A stretch of 61,130 nt of DNA from Elusimicrobiota bacterium (GTDB lineage: Bacteria; Elusimicrobiota; Elusimicrobia; UBA1565), in contig JBDREN010000030.1 of NCBI GenBank assembly GCA_043819795.1, positions 1 through 61,130 of the forward strand, read 5' to 3'. The notes beneath the pieces were generated by a model. It saw nothing but the letters and a program-made list of their open reading frames with translations, was not told where the DNA came from and made no database searches. This document shows, in pieces, positions 1 to 14,394 of the stretch. The position numbers were made by a program, and so were the translations under genes. Positions within the stretch are counted from its first letter, which is position 1, and each line of letters starts with the position of its first letter.

Positions 1-409
1 CGCACACGGCCCGGGCCGCTCCGCCGGCCCCGAGCACCACCGCGCGCGCCCCCCGCAGCTCGACGCCGCGCCGGGCCAGCGGGGCAAGGAAGCCCTCGAC
101 GTCGGTATTGTATCCCATCCGGCGGCCGTCCTGGAAACGGACGACGTTGACGGCCCCGACCTCCCGCGCCGTCGGGTCCGTCTCGTCGAGATGGCCCATC
201 ACCGCCACCTTATGCGGCAGCGTCACGTTCCAGCCGATCCACCGCCGGGAGCGCGCCTTTCCGAGCGCCTCCCCCAGCCGCTCCGGACGGAGCGCGAGCG
301 TCCGGTAGCGCAGCGGCCGCGCGAGCGCCGCGCTGAAGGCGCGGAAGATGTCGGGAGAGAGCGAGTGGCGCACCGGAAAGCCTATCACACCCGCCCAAGG
401 GACGCTCAC
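1..409 (-). CDS. aroE: Shikimate dehydrogenase, 3' end outside window
   Basis: Manual translation from a GTG overlapping the aroA stop: VSVPWAGVIGFPVRHSLSP...NVTLPHK...AVNVV...GYNTDVEGF, typical AroE motifs. Confidence 0.9.
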   Translation of the reverse strand, partial: MSVPWAGVIGFPVRHSLSPDIFRAFSAALARPLRYRTLALRPERLGEALGKARSRRWIGWNVTLPHKVAVMGHLDETDPTAREVGAVNVVRFQDGRRMGYNTDVEGFLAPLARRGVELRGARAVVLGAGGAARAVC

Positions 410-1749
410 CCAGCCAGCCTCCCGAGCTCTTCGAAGAACCCCGGATAGGAGACCGCCGCGCAATCGCCGTCCGACAGCGCCGTCTCGCCCTCGGCAGCCA
501 GCGCCGCGACCGCGAAAGCCATCGCGAGGCGGTGGTCCCCGCGCGTCTGGACCTCCCCCCCCTTGAGCCTGGCCGGCCCGCGCACGATGAGCGTGTCGGC
601 CTCGGCGCGGGCCTCCGCTCCCAGCGCGCGCAGGCCCGCGGCCGTCCCCTCCAGACGATCCGACTCCTTCAGGCGCAGCTCGCCGAGGCCCTCGATGCGC
701 GTCTCCCCATCGGCCAACGCGGCGAGCACGGCGAGCAGCGGGACCTCGTCGATCAGCGTCGGGATGAGGGAAGCCGGGACGCTCGTCGCCTTGAGGGGAG
801 CGTGATCGACGACGATGTCTCCGACCGGCTCGCGCCCGCTGGAGCCGCCGTCCTTGACCCGCACGGCCGCGCCCATCCGGCGGAGTACATCGAAGAAGCC
901 CAGGCGTGAAGGATTGAGCAGGACGCGGCGCAGCGTGACCGACGAGCCGGGGACTATCGCCGCGGCCGCCGCGAAGAACGCCGCCGAGGACGGGTCGCCC
1001 GGGACCGTCAGCGCCTTGCCGGAGCGGAGCGCGACGGAACGCACGCGGGCGGTCGTCCCCTCCCGGCTCACCGCGGGGGTCCCGTCCGAGCTCAGGAAAA
1101 GCAGCATTCGCTCGGTATGGTCGCGCGTTCCGTAGGGGTCCTCGACCCGGGTCTCGCCCTCGGCGTAGAGCCCCGCCAGAAGAAGGGCCGACTTGACCTG
1201 AGCGCTCGCCACCGGCAGGCGGTAGGAGAGGGCGGCGAGCGGCCGCTTTCCGGTCAGGCGGACCGGGGCATGCCCCAAGCCGGAGAGATCGAACGAAGCC
1301 CCCATTTGGGTGAGCGGCTCGGTCACCCGCTTCATCGGCCGGCGAGAAAGCGACGCGTCCCCGGCGAGGACGACCTCGAAGGGCTGGCCCGCGAGGACGC
1401 CCATCAACAGCCTCATCGTCGTCCCGGAGTTTCCGCAGTCCAGCTCGCGGACGGGCGCCTTGAGGCCGAGCAGGCCCAGGCCTCGGACAAGGACGGACGG
1501 CTCTTCGCCGGAAGCGCGGCCGCGATCGTCGCGGATCTCGGCTCCCAAAGCCTCGAGACAACGCCGAGTGGAAAGCACGTCCCGGCTCTCGGGAAGGTTG
1601 CGCACCCGGAGGTCTCCCTCGGCCAGCGTGCCCAGGATCAGCGCCCGGTGGGCGATGGACTTGTCGCCGGGGACCGCGACCCGGCCGCCGAGCGGACGGG
1701 CGGAAGGCCGGACCGTCCTGGCGCCCCGGCCTGAGGCGGGGTTCCTCAT
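406..1749 (-). CDS. aroA: 3-phosphoshikimate 1-carboxyvinyltransferase (EPSP synthase)
   Basis: PGDKSIAHR, DCGNSGTTMR, SAQVKSA, RDHTE, KESDR, DHRLAM; ATG overlaps aroF stop (ATGA). Confidence 0.96.
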   Translation of the reverse strand: MRNPASGRGARTVRPSARPLGGRVAVPGDKSIAHRALILGTLAEGDLRVRNLPESRDVLSTRRCLEALGAEIRDDRGRASGEEPSVLVRGLGLLGLKAPVRELDCGNSGTTMRLLMGVLAGQPFEVVLAGDASLSRRPMKRVTEPLTQMGASFDLSGLGHAPVRLTGKRPLAALSYRLPVASAQVKSALLLAGLYAEGETRVEDPYGTRDHTERMLLFLSSDGTPAVSREGTTARVRSVALRSGKALTVPGDPSSAAFFAAAAAIVPGSSVTLRRVLLNPSRLGFFDVLRRMGAAVRVKDGGSSGREPVGDIVVDHAPLKATSVPASLIPTLIDEVPLLAVLAALADGETRIEGLGELRLKESDRLEGTAAGLRALGAEARAEADTLIVRGPARLKGGEVQTRGDHRLAMAFAVAALAAEGETALSDGDCAAVSYPGFFEELGRLAG

Positions 1750-2762
1750 AGCTTGTATCCGAGCACGGGGCCCATCGCGCGCAGCTGCTTCATGAGCGCG
1801 GCGAACTGCTCGGGCAAGAGCGCCTGCGCCCCGTCGGAGAGGGCCTCGGCCGGCCTGTCGTGCACCTCGATCATCACCCCGTGCGCCGAGACCGCCGCCG
1901 AGGCGCGCGCGAGCGGCGCCACCTTGTCCCGCATGCCGGTGCCGTGGCTGGGATCCACGAACACGGGCAGGTGGCTGAGCTTGCGCACCACGGCCACGGC
2001 GTTGAGGTCGAGCGTGTTCCGCGTGTGGCTCGAGAAGGTCCGGATGCCGCGCTCGCAGAGGATCACCCGCTTGTTGCCCTCGGACATGAGGTACTCCGCG
2101 GACATCAGCCACTCGTCGATCGTCCCCGACATGCCGCGCTTGAGCATGACCGGCTTGTCGACGCGCCCCGCCTCCCGCAGGAGCCCGAAGTTCTGCATGT
2201 TGCGCGCGCCGATCTGGACGATGTCGGCGTACTTGCAGACGACCTCCAGCGAGCGCTGGTCGAGCGCCTCGGTGATGACCGGCAGGCCGGTCTCCTCGCG
2301 GGCGGCCGCGAGGATCTTCAAGCCGTCCTCGCCGAGACCCTGGAAGGCGTACGGGGAGCTGCGCGGCTTGAACGCCCCGCCGCGCAGGATGTGCGCGCCG
2401 GCGTCCTTGACCGCGCGCGCGATGCGCAGGGTCTGCTCCTCGCTCTCCACGGAGCACGGGCCGGCGATGACGACGAAGGAATCCCCCCCGATCTCGATCT
2501 TGCCGTTCACCTGGATCACGGTGTCGCCGTGCATGAAGTCCCGGCCCGCGAGCTTGTAGGGCTTGGTGACGGGGATCGCATGCTTGACCCCGGCAAGCAC
2601 CTCGAAATCGCGGGGGTCGAGCGGACGGGCGTTGCCGGTGATCCCGACGGCCGTGCTCTGGGATCCGGGGATGACGTGCGCCTTTAGGCCCATCCCCTCG
2701 ATGCGGCCCACCACGCCCTTGAGATGCTCGTCGGTGAAATCAGCGTCCAGCAGAATCAGCAT
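1746..2762 (-). CDS. aroF: DAHP synthase type I-beta with N-terminal regulatory domain
   Basis: IAGPCSVE, RGGAFKPRSSPYAFQG, QIGARNMQN, DPSHG. Confidence 0.95.
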   Translation of the reverse strand: MLILLDADFTDEHLKGVVGRIEGMGLKAHVIPGSQSTAVGITGNARPLDPRDFEVLAGVKHAIPVTKPYKLAGRDFMHGDTVIQVNGKIEIGGDSFVVIAGPCSVESEEQTLRIARAVKDAGAHILRGGAFKPRSSPYAFQGLGEDGLKILAAAREETGLPVITEALDQRSLEVVCKYADIVQIGARNMQNFGLLREAGRVDKPVMLKRGMSGTIDEWLMSAEYLMSEGNKRVILCERGIRTFSSHTRNTLDLNAVAVVRKLSHLPVFVDPSHGTGMRDKVAPLARASAAVSAHGVMIEVHDRPAEALSDGAQALLPEQFAALMKQLRAMGPVLGYKL

Positions 2763-2773
2763 GGGATAACTCC

Positions 2774-3599
2774 TTATGGTCGGCGGGCATTGCCGCCGCT
2801 CTTTTTCAGCGCGGAGACGAGGCTCCGCGCCAGCTCCGCCATGAGCCGCCCGGCTTCCTCCGGGGCGTGCTTCTCGACGAACTTGACCAGCGCGCTGCCC
2901 ACGACCACGGCGTCGACCCCGGCGAGGGCGGCGACGTCCCCGGCCTGATCGGGCGTCGAGATCCCGAAGCCCACGGCCACGGGCTTGTCAACGTGGCGGC
3001 GCACGCGCGCCAGCTCCCCGGCGAGCGTCTCGGAGAGGCGGGCGCGCTCCCCCGTGACCCCTAGCCGCGAGACGTAGTAGACGAAGCCGCTCGAGGCGGC
3101 GCTGATGCGCGGAAGCCTCTCCTCTGTCGTGGTGGGCGAAGCCAGGAACACGGTATCGATGCCCGCGCCCCGCAGGGTCTCCCCGTGGACGGCCGCCTCC
3201 TCCGGCGGCAGGTCGACGACGAGCACGCCGTCCACCCCGGCCTCTTTCGCCCGCGCGGCGAACGACTTCAGCCCCATCCGCAGCAGGGGGTTATAGTAGG
3301 TGAACAGCACGATCGGGGCCTCGCACCCCCGCGCGCGCTCGGAACGCACGAGATCGAGGATTTTGGCCAGGGTCGCGCCGGCCGCGAGAGCGCGCTCGGC
3401 CGCGCGCTGGTTGACCTTGCCGTCGGCGATCGGATCCGAGAACGGCACGCCGAGCTCCACGATGTCCGCGCCGGCGTCCGTCAGGGCCCGCAGGTAGCGG
3501 CCCGTCCACTCGAGCGACGGATCGCCGGCCGTGATATAGGGGATGAAGGCCGCGCGCCCCTCTTCGCGCGCCCGGCGCAGGGCCCGCGCGATCCGCCGC

Positions 3600-3607
<8 letters not shown>
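2774..3607 (-). CDS. trpA: Tryptophan synthase alpha chain
   Basis: [26 protein letters not shown]. Confidence 0.97.
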
Positions 3608-4810
<1,203 letters not shown>

Positions 4811-4814
<4 letters not shown>

Positions 4815-6277
4815 CGGTTTCCCTCGCCGCCGCCTTCGCGCCCTTCGGCGGCCCGGGGCGCCTCGATATCCCCGTAGGGACGCCGGACGGCCGCGAAGAA
4901 ATCGCGCAGCTTGCGCTCGTCCTTGACGCCCGGGCTGCGCTCGACGCCGCTCGAGACGTCCACGCCCCACGGCCGCACCTGCCGCACGGCCTCGCCCACG
5001 TTGGCCGGCGTGAGCGCGCCGGCGAGCAGCGTCCTCGGACGCTTGGCCGCCAGGCGCCCGGACAGGCCCCAGTCCACAGCCCCGGCGGGCGGGGATGTCC
5101 GCGGGCGGTCCACCAGCAGGTAGCCGGCCTCGCAACGCAGGGCGCGCTCGACGCCCTCCTCGCCGCCAAGGAAGACCGCCTTCACGCAGCGCTCCGGGCC
5201 CAGCGTCCGGCATAGGAGGTTCGTCTCCGCGCCGTGAAGCTGGATGAGGTCCAGCCCCAGCTCCCGGTCGACGCGCCGGATCTCCGCCTCCGGCTGATCC
5301 AGGAACACTCCGACCCGCAGGACCTTCTCCGGCAGGAGCGCCGTCACGCGCCGCGCCGCCTCGACGCTCACGCGGCGGGCCGAGCCCGGCGCGAAGATCA
5401 GCCCGACGGCCCAGGCCCCGAGCTCGGCGGCCGCGCACGCGTCGTCCGGCCGCGTGAGGCCGCAGATCTTGACGCGCGCCATGGGGCTTTCGGTCCCCAG
5501 CAGCTCGGCCAGAGCCCGGCCCGGGCTCCCGCTTTTGATGAGGTGCGTGCCGACGAGGAAGGCCTTGTAGCCGATCCGGAAAAGCTCCTCGATCTCCGCG
5601 CGCGTGCGGATGCCGCTCTCGCAGACGAGCGTCACGTCCCGGCCGGCCGCGCGCGCGGCGAGGCGGCGCGAGACATCGAGGTCCACCCGCAGGGTCTTGA
5701 GGTCCCGGTTGTTGACGCCGATGATCCTCGCGCCGCAGCCCAGCGCCGCCTCCATCTCCGCCCCGGTATGGACCTCGACGAGCGCCGAGAGCCCGAGCCG
5801 GCGCGCGGCGGCGAGCATCCGGCGCAGGCGCTCCTCCCCGAGGAGCGCGACGATGAGCAGCACGCAGTCCGCCCCGGAGACGCGCGCCTGCAGGAGCTGA
5901 TACTCGTCGATCAGGAAATCCTTCATGAGCAGGGGCAGCCCGACCTTGGCGCGGACGGCGGCCAGGTGATCCAGGCTGCCGCCGAAGAACTCCGGCTCGG
6001 TCAGCACCGAGACCGCCGCCGCCCCGTTGGCCGCGTAGTCCTCGGCCGTCGCCACGGGGTCGAGCCCCTCCGCGATCGCACCCGCCGACGGCGAGGCGCG
6101 CTTGACCTCGGCTATCACGCGCAGCCCTCCTTCGGCCAGGGCCGCCGCGAAGTCGAGAGGCTCGCGCGCGGCCGGGACGCGGGAACGCAGCGCCGCCTCG
6201 GAGACGCGCTCCTTCTCCCGCGCGAGACGCCCGCGGGTCGAGGCGGAAATCTTCTCGAGGACCGTGCCTCCGCTCAT
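4811..6277 (-). CDS. trpCF: Fused indole-3-glycerol phosphate synthase / phosphoribosylanthranilate isomerase
   Basis: [10 protein letters not shown] and GVNNRDL (TrpC) in the same ORF as [22 protein letters not shown] (TrpF). Confidence 0.92.
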
Positions 6278-6281
6278 CGGC

Positions 6282-7322
6282 TCATCCCGCCGCGCTCTCC
6301 CCGGAGGAGGCCGCGCGCAGCTTCCGGAGACGCTCGAGGACCCCGCGCGCGCGGCCGGAGGCGACGCTCTCGCGCGCGACCCGCACGCCTTCCTTGACCG
6401 AGCCCGCCCGGCCGGCCGCGACTATGGCCGCGCCGGCGTTGAAAAGCGTCCCGTCGAGCAGGGGCCCGCCGCGTCCCTCGAGCACGCCCTCCAGGGCGCG
6501 GGCGTTGGCGGCCGCGTCGCCTCCTTTGAGCGCCTCCAGGTCCGTCCGCGCGAGGCCGACGTCCTCGGGAGTCAGCTCCTCGGTCCGCACGTCCTTTCCC
6601 GCCTCGACGTGGCAGACGAAGGTGCGGCCGGTCAGGCTCATCTCGTCCATCCCGTCCTCGCCCCGGACCACCATCGCGCGCCGCGCTCCCAGATGCGACA
6701 GCACCCGGGCATAGGTCTCGAGCAGGCCGGCGTCGTAGATGCCCACGACCTGGCGCGTGACAAGGGCCGGGTTGGCCAGCGGCCCGAGCAGGTTGAACAC
6801 CGTGCGCACGCCGAGCCGCTTGCGGACCGGCGCGACGTGCCTCATCGCCGGATGATAGCGCGGGGCGAAGAAGAACCCGAAGCCGGCCTCCTCGATCGAG
6901 CGCCGCACCTCGTCGGGACCGGCGTCCACGGCCACGCCGAGCGCCTCGAGCACGTCGGCCGAGCCCGAGCGGCTCGAGACCGCGCGGTTTCCGTGCTTGG
7001 CCACGGCGACCCCGGCGCCCGCCGTCACGAGCGCGGCCGCCGTGGAGAAGTTGAAGGTATGCAGGCCGTCGCCCCCCGTCCCGCAGGTGTCGACGAGCGG
7101 GGAACGCTCGACGCGGACCGTGACCGCCTTGGCCCGCATGCCTTCCGCGAACCCGGCCAGCTCCTCCGGGCCGCAAGGGCGCTCGTTGAGAGCGAGGAGG
7201 AAGGACTCGATATCCTCCTCCGAGGCCTCGCCCGAGATGAGCACATCCATGGCCTCGCGGGCGCCCGCGCGTCCGAGCGCCCCCCCGCGGCGCACCGTCT
7301 CCAGGAAAGATCCGAGGCTCAT
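6282..7322 (-). CDS. trpD: Anthranilate phosphoribosyltransferase
   Basis: DTCGTGGDG, KHGNRAVSSRSGSAD, FNLLGPLANP. Confidence 0.96.
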   Translation of the reverse strand: MSLGSFLETVRRGGALGRAGAREAMDVLISGEASEEDIESFLLALNERPCGPEELAGFAEGMRAKAVTVRVERSPLVDTCGTGGDGLHTFNFSTAAALVTAGAGVAVAKHGNRAVSSRSGSADVLEALGVAVDAGPDEVRRSIEEAGFGFFFAPRYHPAMRHVAPVRKRLGVRTVFNLLGPLANPALVTRQVVGIYDAGLLETYARVLSHLGARRAMVVRGEDGMDEMSLTGRTFVCHVEAGKDVRTEELTPEDVGLARTDLEALKGGDAAANARALEGVLEGRGGPLLDGTLFNAGAAIVAAGRAGSVKEGVRVARESVASGRARGVLERLRKLRAASSGESAAG

Positions 7323-7972
7323 CGATTCTCCTTGCTCGCGCCCTTCGCCGCGCTCGAGCGCGCGGGCGCCCGCCGGCGGCCACGGGCGCCGGCCGGTCCT
7401 GGGCGCGTCTCCAGAGCCAGGAAATTCTTGAGAAGCCGCCGGCCCTCCCGAGTCAGCAGGGACTCGGGATGGAACTGCACGCCCTCGGCCGGATGGACGC
7501 GGTGCCGGATGCCCATGATCGTGCCGTCCTCGGCCTCCGCGGTGACCTTGAAGGCGCGCGGCAGCGTCCGGCGCTCGACGGCCAGCGAATGATACCGCGT
7601 GGCGTGGAACGGGTTCTTCAGGCCGCGGTACACGCGCTCGCCGTCGTGACGGATCTTGCTTATCTTGCCGTGCATGAGCCGCCGGGCGCGGACGATCCGG
7701 CCTCCGAAGGCCTGCGCCAGGACCTGGTGGCCGAGGCAGACCCCGAGGATCGGTATCTTGGCGGAGAAGGCCCGCGCGATGTCGAGGCAGAGGCCGGCGC
7801 CCTCGGGCCTGCCGGGCCCCGGCGAGAGCACGATCCCGGCCGGGCGCGCGAGCGCGATCTCTTCCAATGTGAGGGCGTCGTTGCGGCGGACGCGAACCTT
7901 GGCGCCCAGCTCCCGCAAGTGCTGGTAGAGGTTGTACGTGAAGGAGTCGTAGTTGTCGACCAGAAGGATCAC
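7319..7972 (-). CDS. trpG: Anthranilate synthase component II (glutamine amidotransferase)
   Basis: DNYDSFTYN, SPGPG, GVCLGHQ, RYHSL, QFHPES; GTG overlaps trpE stop. Confidence 0.95.
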   Translation of the reverse strand: MILLVDNYDSFTYNLYQHLRELGAKVRVRRNDALTLEEIALARPAGIVLSPGPGRPEGAGLCLDIARAFSAKIPILGVCLGHQVLAQAFGGRIVRARRLMHGKISKIRHDGERVYRGLKNPFHATRYHSLAVERRTLPRAFKVTAEAEDGTIMGIRHRVHPAEGVQFHPESLLTREGRRLLKNFLALETRPGPAGARGRRRAPARSSAAKGASKENR

Positions 7973-9459
7973 GTTCCCTCCGCGCTCCTGATGGCCTCGA
8001 ACATCGCCCGGGACTTGGCCCGGATCTCCCGCAGCTCGGCGACGGGCCGCGAGTCCGCCACGATGCCGGCGCCCGCCTGCACGACGGCCGCGCGCGAACG
8101 CCCTTTGCCGCGGACCATGAGGCTCCGGATCGCGATCGCCGAATCGAGGTTTCCCTGGAAGTCGTGGTAAAGCACCGCTCCGGCGTAGAAGCCCCGGGGG
8201 ACGGGCTCGATCTCGTTGACGAGCTGCATGGCCCGGATCTTCGGAGCCCCCGTCACCGTCCCGGCCGGGAAGCAGGCGCCGAACGCGTCCCACGCGGAGC
8301 ACCCGCGCCTCAGGCGCCCGCGCACGCTCGAGACCAGATGCATGACGTGCGAGAAGCGCTCCACCCGCATGAAGGAGGGTACCCGCACGCTCCCGGGACG
8401 CGCCACGCGGCCCACGTCGTTTCGTCCCAGGTCCACGAGCATGAGGTGCTCGGCCCGCTCCTTGACGCTGGCCAACAAGTCCCGCTCGTTCTTCGAGTCC
8501 TCCTCTTCGTCGGCGCCGCGCGGCCTGGTGCCGGCGATCGGCTGCGTCTCGACGACCCGGTCCTCGACCCGGACGAGCATCTCCGGCGAGGCGCCGAGCA
8601 GGGCCTCATCCGCCGTCCCCATGAAGAACATGTACGGCGAGGGGTTGATGGCGCGGAGCTTCCGGTATACCTCGAACGGCTCCGCGCGCAGGGGCACCTC
8701 GAAACGGTCCGAAAGCACGGCCTGGAAGATGTCGCCGGCCCGGATCCGGCCCTTAAGCCGGCGGACGCCCTCCAGGAAGGCTGCCTGGCCCAAGGCCGCC
8801 TTCGGCCGCCGGGGCGGCGCGGGGCGGCCGGGACGCTCGGGCGCGAGCGGGCGGCTCAGCCGGCGCTCCATCCGGTCGAGCGCGTCGCAGGCCTTCCGGT
8901 AGGCCCGGCCGACCGGCACGCTCCCGTCGGCCACGACGTTGGAGATGAGCAGCATCCGCTGGCGCAGGCGGTCGAAGGCCGCCACGTCCGCGAAGAGCAT
9001 CAGGCGCGCCTCGTCTCCCTCGGGCGGGCGCAGCGCGACCGTGGGCTCGAGGTGGCGGATCATCTCGTAACCCACGAAGCCCACGGCCCCCCCGCAGAAG
9101 CGCGGCAGGCCCGGCTCATGCGAGGCCCGGTACCGGCCGAGGCGCTGCCCGAGCGCGCGGAAGGGGCAGCCCCCCAGCGGGATATCCCGCCCCGCTCGCC
9201 GGACCCGCGCGGCTCCGTTCGCCACCGAGATCGTCTCGAATGGCCTGGCGCCGAGGAAAGAGTACCGGGCGTAGCGCTCGCCCCCCTCCACGCTCTCCAG
9301 CAGGAACGCGGGCTCGCCCGGCCGGGCCAGGCGCAGGAAGGCGGCCACCGGCGTGGTCATGTCCGCCGGCAGCTCGCGCACGAGCGGGACCACGTTGGCC
9401 CCCCCGCGCAAAGCCGCCCGGACCTGCCGCTCGGTCTTAAGCTGGTTTCGTCTCTTCAT
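7969..9459 (-). CDS. trpE: Anthranilate synthase component I
   Basis: LLESVEGG, NPSPYM, PIAGTRPRG, EHLMLVDLGRND, GAPKIRAM, QAGAGIVADS. Confidence 0.96.
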   Translation of the reverse strand: MKRRNQLKTERQVRAALRGGANVVPLVRELPADMTTPVAAFLRLARPGEPAFLLESVEGGERYARYSFLGARPFETISVANGAARVRRAGRDIPLGGCPFRALGQRLGRYRASHEPGLPRFCGGAVGFVGYEMIRHLEPTVALRPPEGDEARLMLFADVAAFDRLRQRMLLISNVVADGSVPVGRAYRKACDALDRMERRLSRPLAPERPGRPAPPRRPKAALGQAAFLEGVRRLKGRIRAGDIFQAVLSDRFEVPLRAEPFEVYRKLRAINPSPYMFFMGTADEALLGASPEMLVRVEDRVVETQPIAGTRPRGADEEEDSKNERDLLASVKERAEHLMLVDLGRNDVGRVARPGSVRVPSFMRVERFSHVMHLVSSVRGRLRRGCSAWDAFGACFPAGTVTGAPKIRAMQLVNEIEPVPRGFYAGAVLYHDFQGNLDSAIAIRSLMVRGKGRSRAAVVQAGAGIVADSRPVAELREIRAKSRAMFEAIRSAEGT

Positions 9460-9565
9460 GCCCCGCCTGGAAGCCCGCGCCGTCCGGTCCTCCAAACACT
9501 GAATTTTACGAAAATCGCCGCCTGATTATCGGGAAATCCGCGGGCGGCTGAGGCCGCCCTCCGTG

Positions 9566-9608
9566 AAAAGGCCGGGGCGCGGACCGCCCAACGGACGGCC
9601 CGCGCCCC
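9566..9608 (-). terminator. Probable intrinsic terminator of the histone gene
   Basis: GGGGCGCGG...CCGCGCCCC stem followed by CCTTTT on the minus strand, ~35 nt after the histone stop. Confidence 0.6.
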
Positions 9609-9643
9609 TATCGCATCCCAGCGGCACTCGCCGCGGAGGACGC

Positions 9644-9838
9644 TCAGTTGATGCAGAAGTCGTGCGCCCGGACTGTCTTGCGGCCGTTGGCCTTCGCGCG
9701 CTTCGTGGCCTGCTCCACGTACCAATAGACGATCTCGTTGAGGCCCTCGATCGCGTCCCCGGCCGTGTTGCAGTCAGCATTCTTAATGGCAGCCTTCACC
9801 TTGCTGCCGACCACCAGGATCTCTTTCTCTTTCGCCAT
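9644..9838 (-). CDS. Bacterial histone-fold protein (Bd0055/HBb-like), 64 aa
   Basis: ILVVGSKVKAAIK...NTAGDAIEGLNEIV...ATKRAKANGRKTVRAHDF, with the histone RKTV-x-x-x-D signature; RBS AAGGGGG; TATAAT at 9892-9897. Confidence 0.9.
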   Translation of the reverse strand: MAKEKEILVVGSKVKAAIKNADCNTAGDAIEGLNEIVYWYVEQATKRAKANGRKTVRAHDFCIN

Positions 9839-9928
9839 TCTTCCCCCTTAAATATAATCCGTCGCCATGAAGCGCCGGAAGTAATGCCGGAATTATAACC
9901 TATGCCCCGCCGGAATTCCAGTGGCCAT

Positions 9929-10012
9929 TTCAGCGCCGCAGGCCTGCCCTGCGGCGCTTACTCCCCTGCGTTCTCGGGGACTCCATCGCAAGAATGCCGT
10001 TTTCCTTCCAGC
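9929..10012. repeat. Repeat family 2, copy 1 (hairpin TCAGCGCCGCAGG-N5-CCTGCGGCGCTTA plus tail)
   Basis: Aligns over ~84 bp with 18469-18551. Confidence 0.85.
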
Positions 10013-10026
10013 CCTGCTTGCGGGGC

Positions 10027-12942
<2,916 letters not shown>

Positions 12943-12972
12943 GGTGTCAGCTCCTTGATGCATCCGTCCATC

Positions 12973-14394
12973 TCATACTATCGCCGCGGGCGGGGTCCCG
13001 TGGGCGGCTTCGGCGATCCGCCTGGCGGCCTCGCGGCCGGAACGCACGCAATCGGGGATGCCCACGCCCCTGTAGGACGAGCCCGCGAGGATGAGCCCCG
13101 GATACGCGGACAAGCGGTCGGTGATGCGCGCCAGCCGCGCCGAGTGCCCCACCAGGTACTGCGGGTTGGCGCCCGGCCAGCGATGGACCCGGACCGTCTC
13201 CGGCTCGCGGTCCAAGCCCATGATCTCTCTCAGATCGCGCCGTACCGCGCCGACGAGTTCCCCGTCCGACATGTCCAGGGTCCGTTCCCGGCCGGCTCCT
13301 CCCAGGAAGCACCGGATCAGGACCTTGTCGGGGGTCACGCGCAGGGGGAATTTCGTCGAGGTGAAGGTCGCCGCGACCACGGTCCGCGCTTCTCGGCGAT
13401 CCACGACGAACCCGAAGCCGTTCAAAGGGGGGGCGAAGCCCTCGGCCGGGTACCCCAGGCTAACGACCGCCGTTGACGTGAACGGAATGCCGGCCAGCTC
13501 GTCGGCAAGTCCCCCATCCAGGCTCCGGAGCAAACCCGCCGCCCTATCCGCCTGGACGGCCAGCACGGCCGCGTCCGCCTCGAGCGCGGAGCCGCCGGCC
13601 AGCTCGAAGCGCCAGCGTCCCGCCGGGGTCCTCGCCAGGGAGAGCGCCTCGCGGCGCGTCTCGGCCGCGCCGGGCGGCAGCCTCCCCGCCAGCGCCTCCA
13701 CGAGCTCGATCAAGCCGTTGCGCAGCGTCATGAACATCGTGATGTCCCCGGCCCCGCGTCCTTCGCTCGCGCTCCTTCGCCTCGCTCTGAGGCCCCTCAG
13801 AACGCTCCCGTGGCGCCGTTCCAGCTCCTTGAACTGGGGGAAGGTGCTCGCCAGGCTCAGGCGGTCGGGGTTCCCGGCGTAGATCCCCCCCAGCACGGGC
13901 CCGACGATCGTCTCAAGGGCCTCCCTCCCGAAGCGGCGGCGCGCCCAGTCGCCGAGCGACTCGTCGCGCGCCGGGTCGCCGCGGGGAACCAGCCACTCGA
14001 GGCCCATGCGCAGCTTGGCGGTCCACGGCACCACGTCGGAGGCGAGAAACGGCAGGATCTTGGTCGGGGCCAGAAGCATGAGCCCCTCGGGATAGCGGCG
14101 CAGCCGCCCCCGCGTGTAGATGTAGACGTCCTTGTTCCGGTCGCTCGTCGGGACCAGGCTGCCTTCGAGCCCGAGCTCGCGCGCGAGCTCGAGCGCCCAG
14201 GGCTTCGCCGTGATGAAGGAGTCCGGCCCTCCTTCAAGCACGAGGCCGCCGGTCCGCTCGCTGAGGATCTTTCCCCCGAGCCGCTCCGAACGCTCGAGCA
14301 GCCTGACCTCGAGGTCCCCGCGGGCTTTCCCGAGCTCATACGCGCAGGCGAGGCCCGCGACGCCTCCGCCCACCACGACGACCCGGGATCTCAC
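12973..14394 (-). CDS. hemY: HemY-type protoporphyrinogen/coproporphyrinogen oxidase
   Basis: VVGGGVAGLACA FAD motif, EGGPDSF, GIYAG, GVGIPDCV; GTG overlaps hemH stop. Confidence 0.93.
   Translation of the reverse strand: MRSRVVVVGGGVAGLACAYELGKARGDLEVRLLERSERLGGKILSERTGGLVLEGGPDSFITAKPWALELARELGLEGSLVPTSDRNKDVYIYTRGRLRRYPEGLMLLAPTKILPFLASDVVPWTAKLRMGLEWLVPRGDPARDESLGDWARRRFGREALETIVGPVLGGIYAGNPDRLSLASTFPQFKELERRHGSVLRGLRARRRSASEGRGAGDITMFMTLRNGLIELVEALAGRLPPGAAETRREALSLARTPAGRWRFELAGGSALEADAAVLAVQADRAAGLLRSLDGGLADELAGIPFTSTAVVSLGYPAEGFAPPLNGFGFVVDRREARTVVAATFTSTKFPLRVTPDKVLIRCFLGGAGRERTLDMSDGELVGAVRRDLREIMGLDREPETVRVHRWPGANPQYLVGHSARLARITDRLSAYPGLILAGSSYRGVGIPDCVRSGREAARRIAEAAHGTPPAAIV

Noticed and set aside
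406..2457. Long N-terminal extensions in the ORF track for aroA, trpB, trpG, hemY, hemH, queE, murI and rpmC
   Set aside because: They overlap upstream genes out of frame; the true starts coincide with stop/start overlaps
9460..9643. trp attenuator leader or T-box
   Set aside because: No short tandem-Trp leader peptide or T-box motif seen; the main hairpin is better explained as the histone terminator
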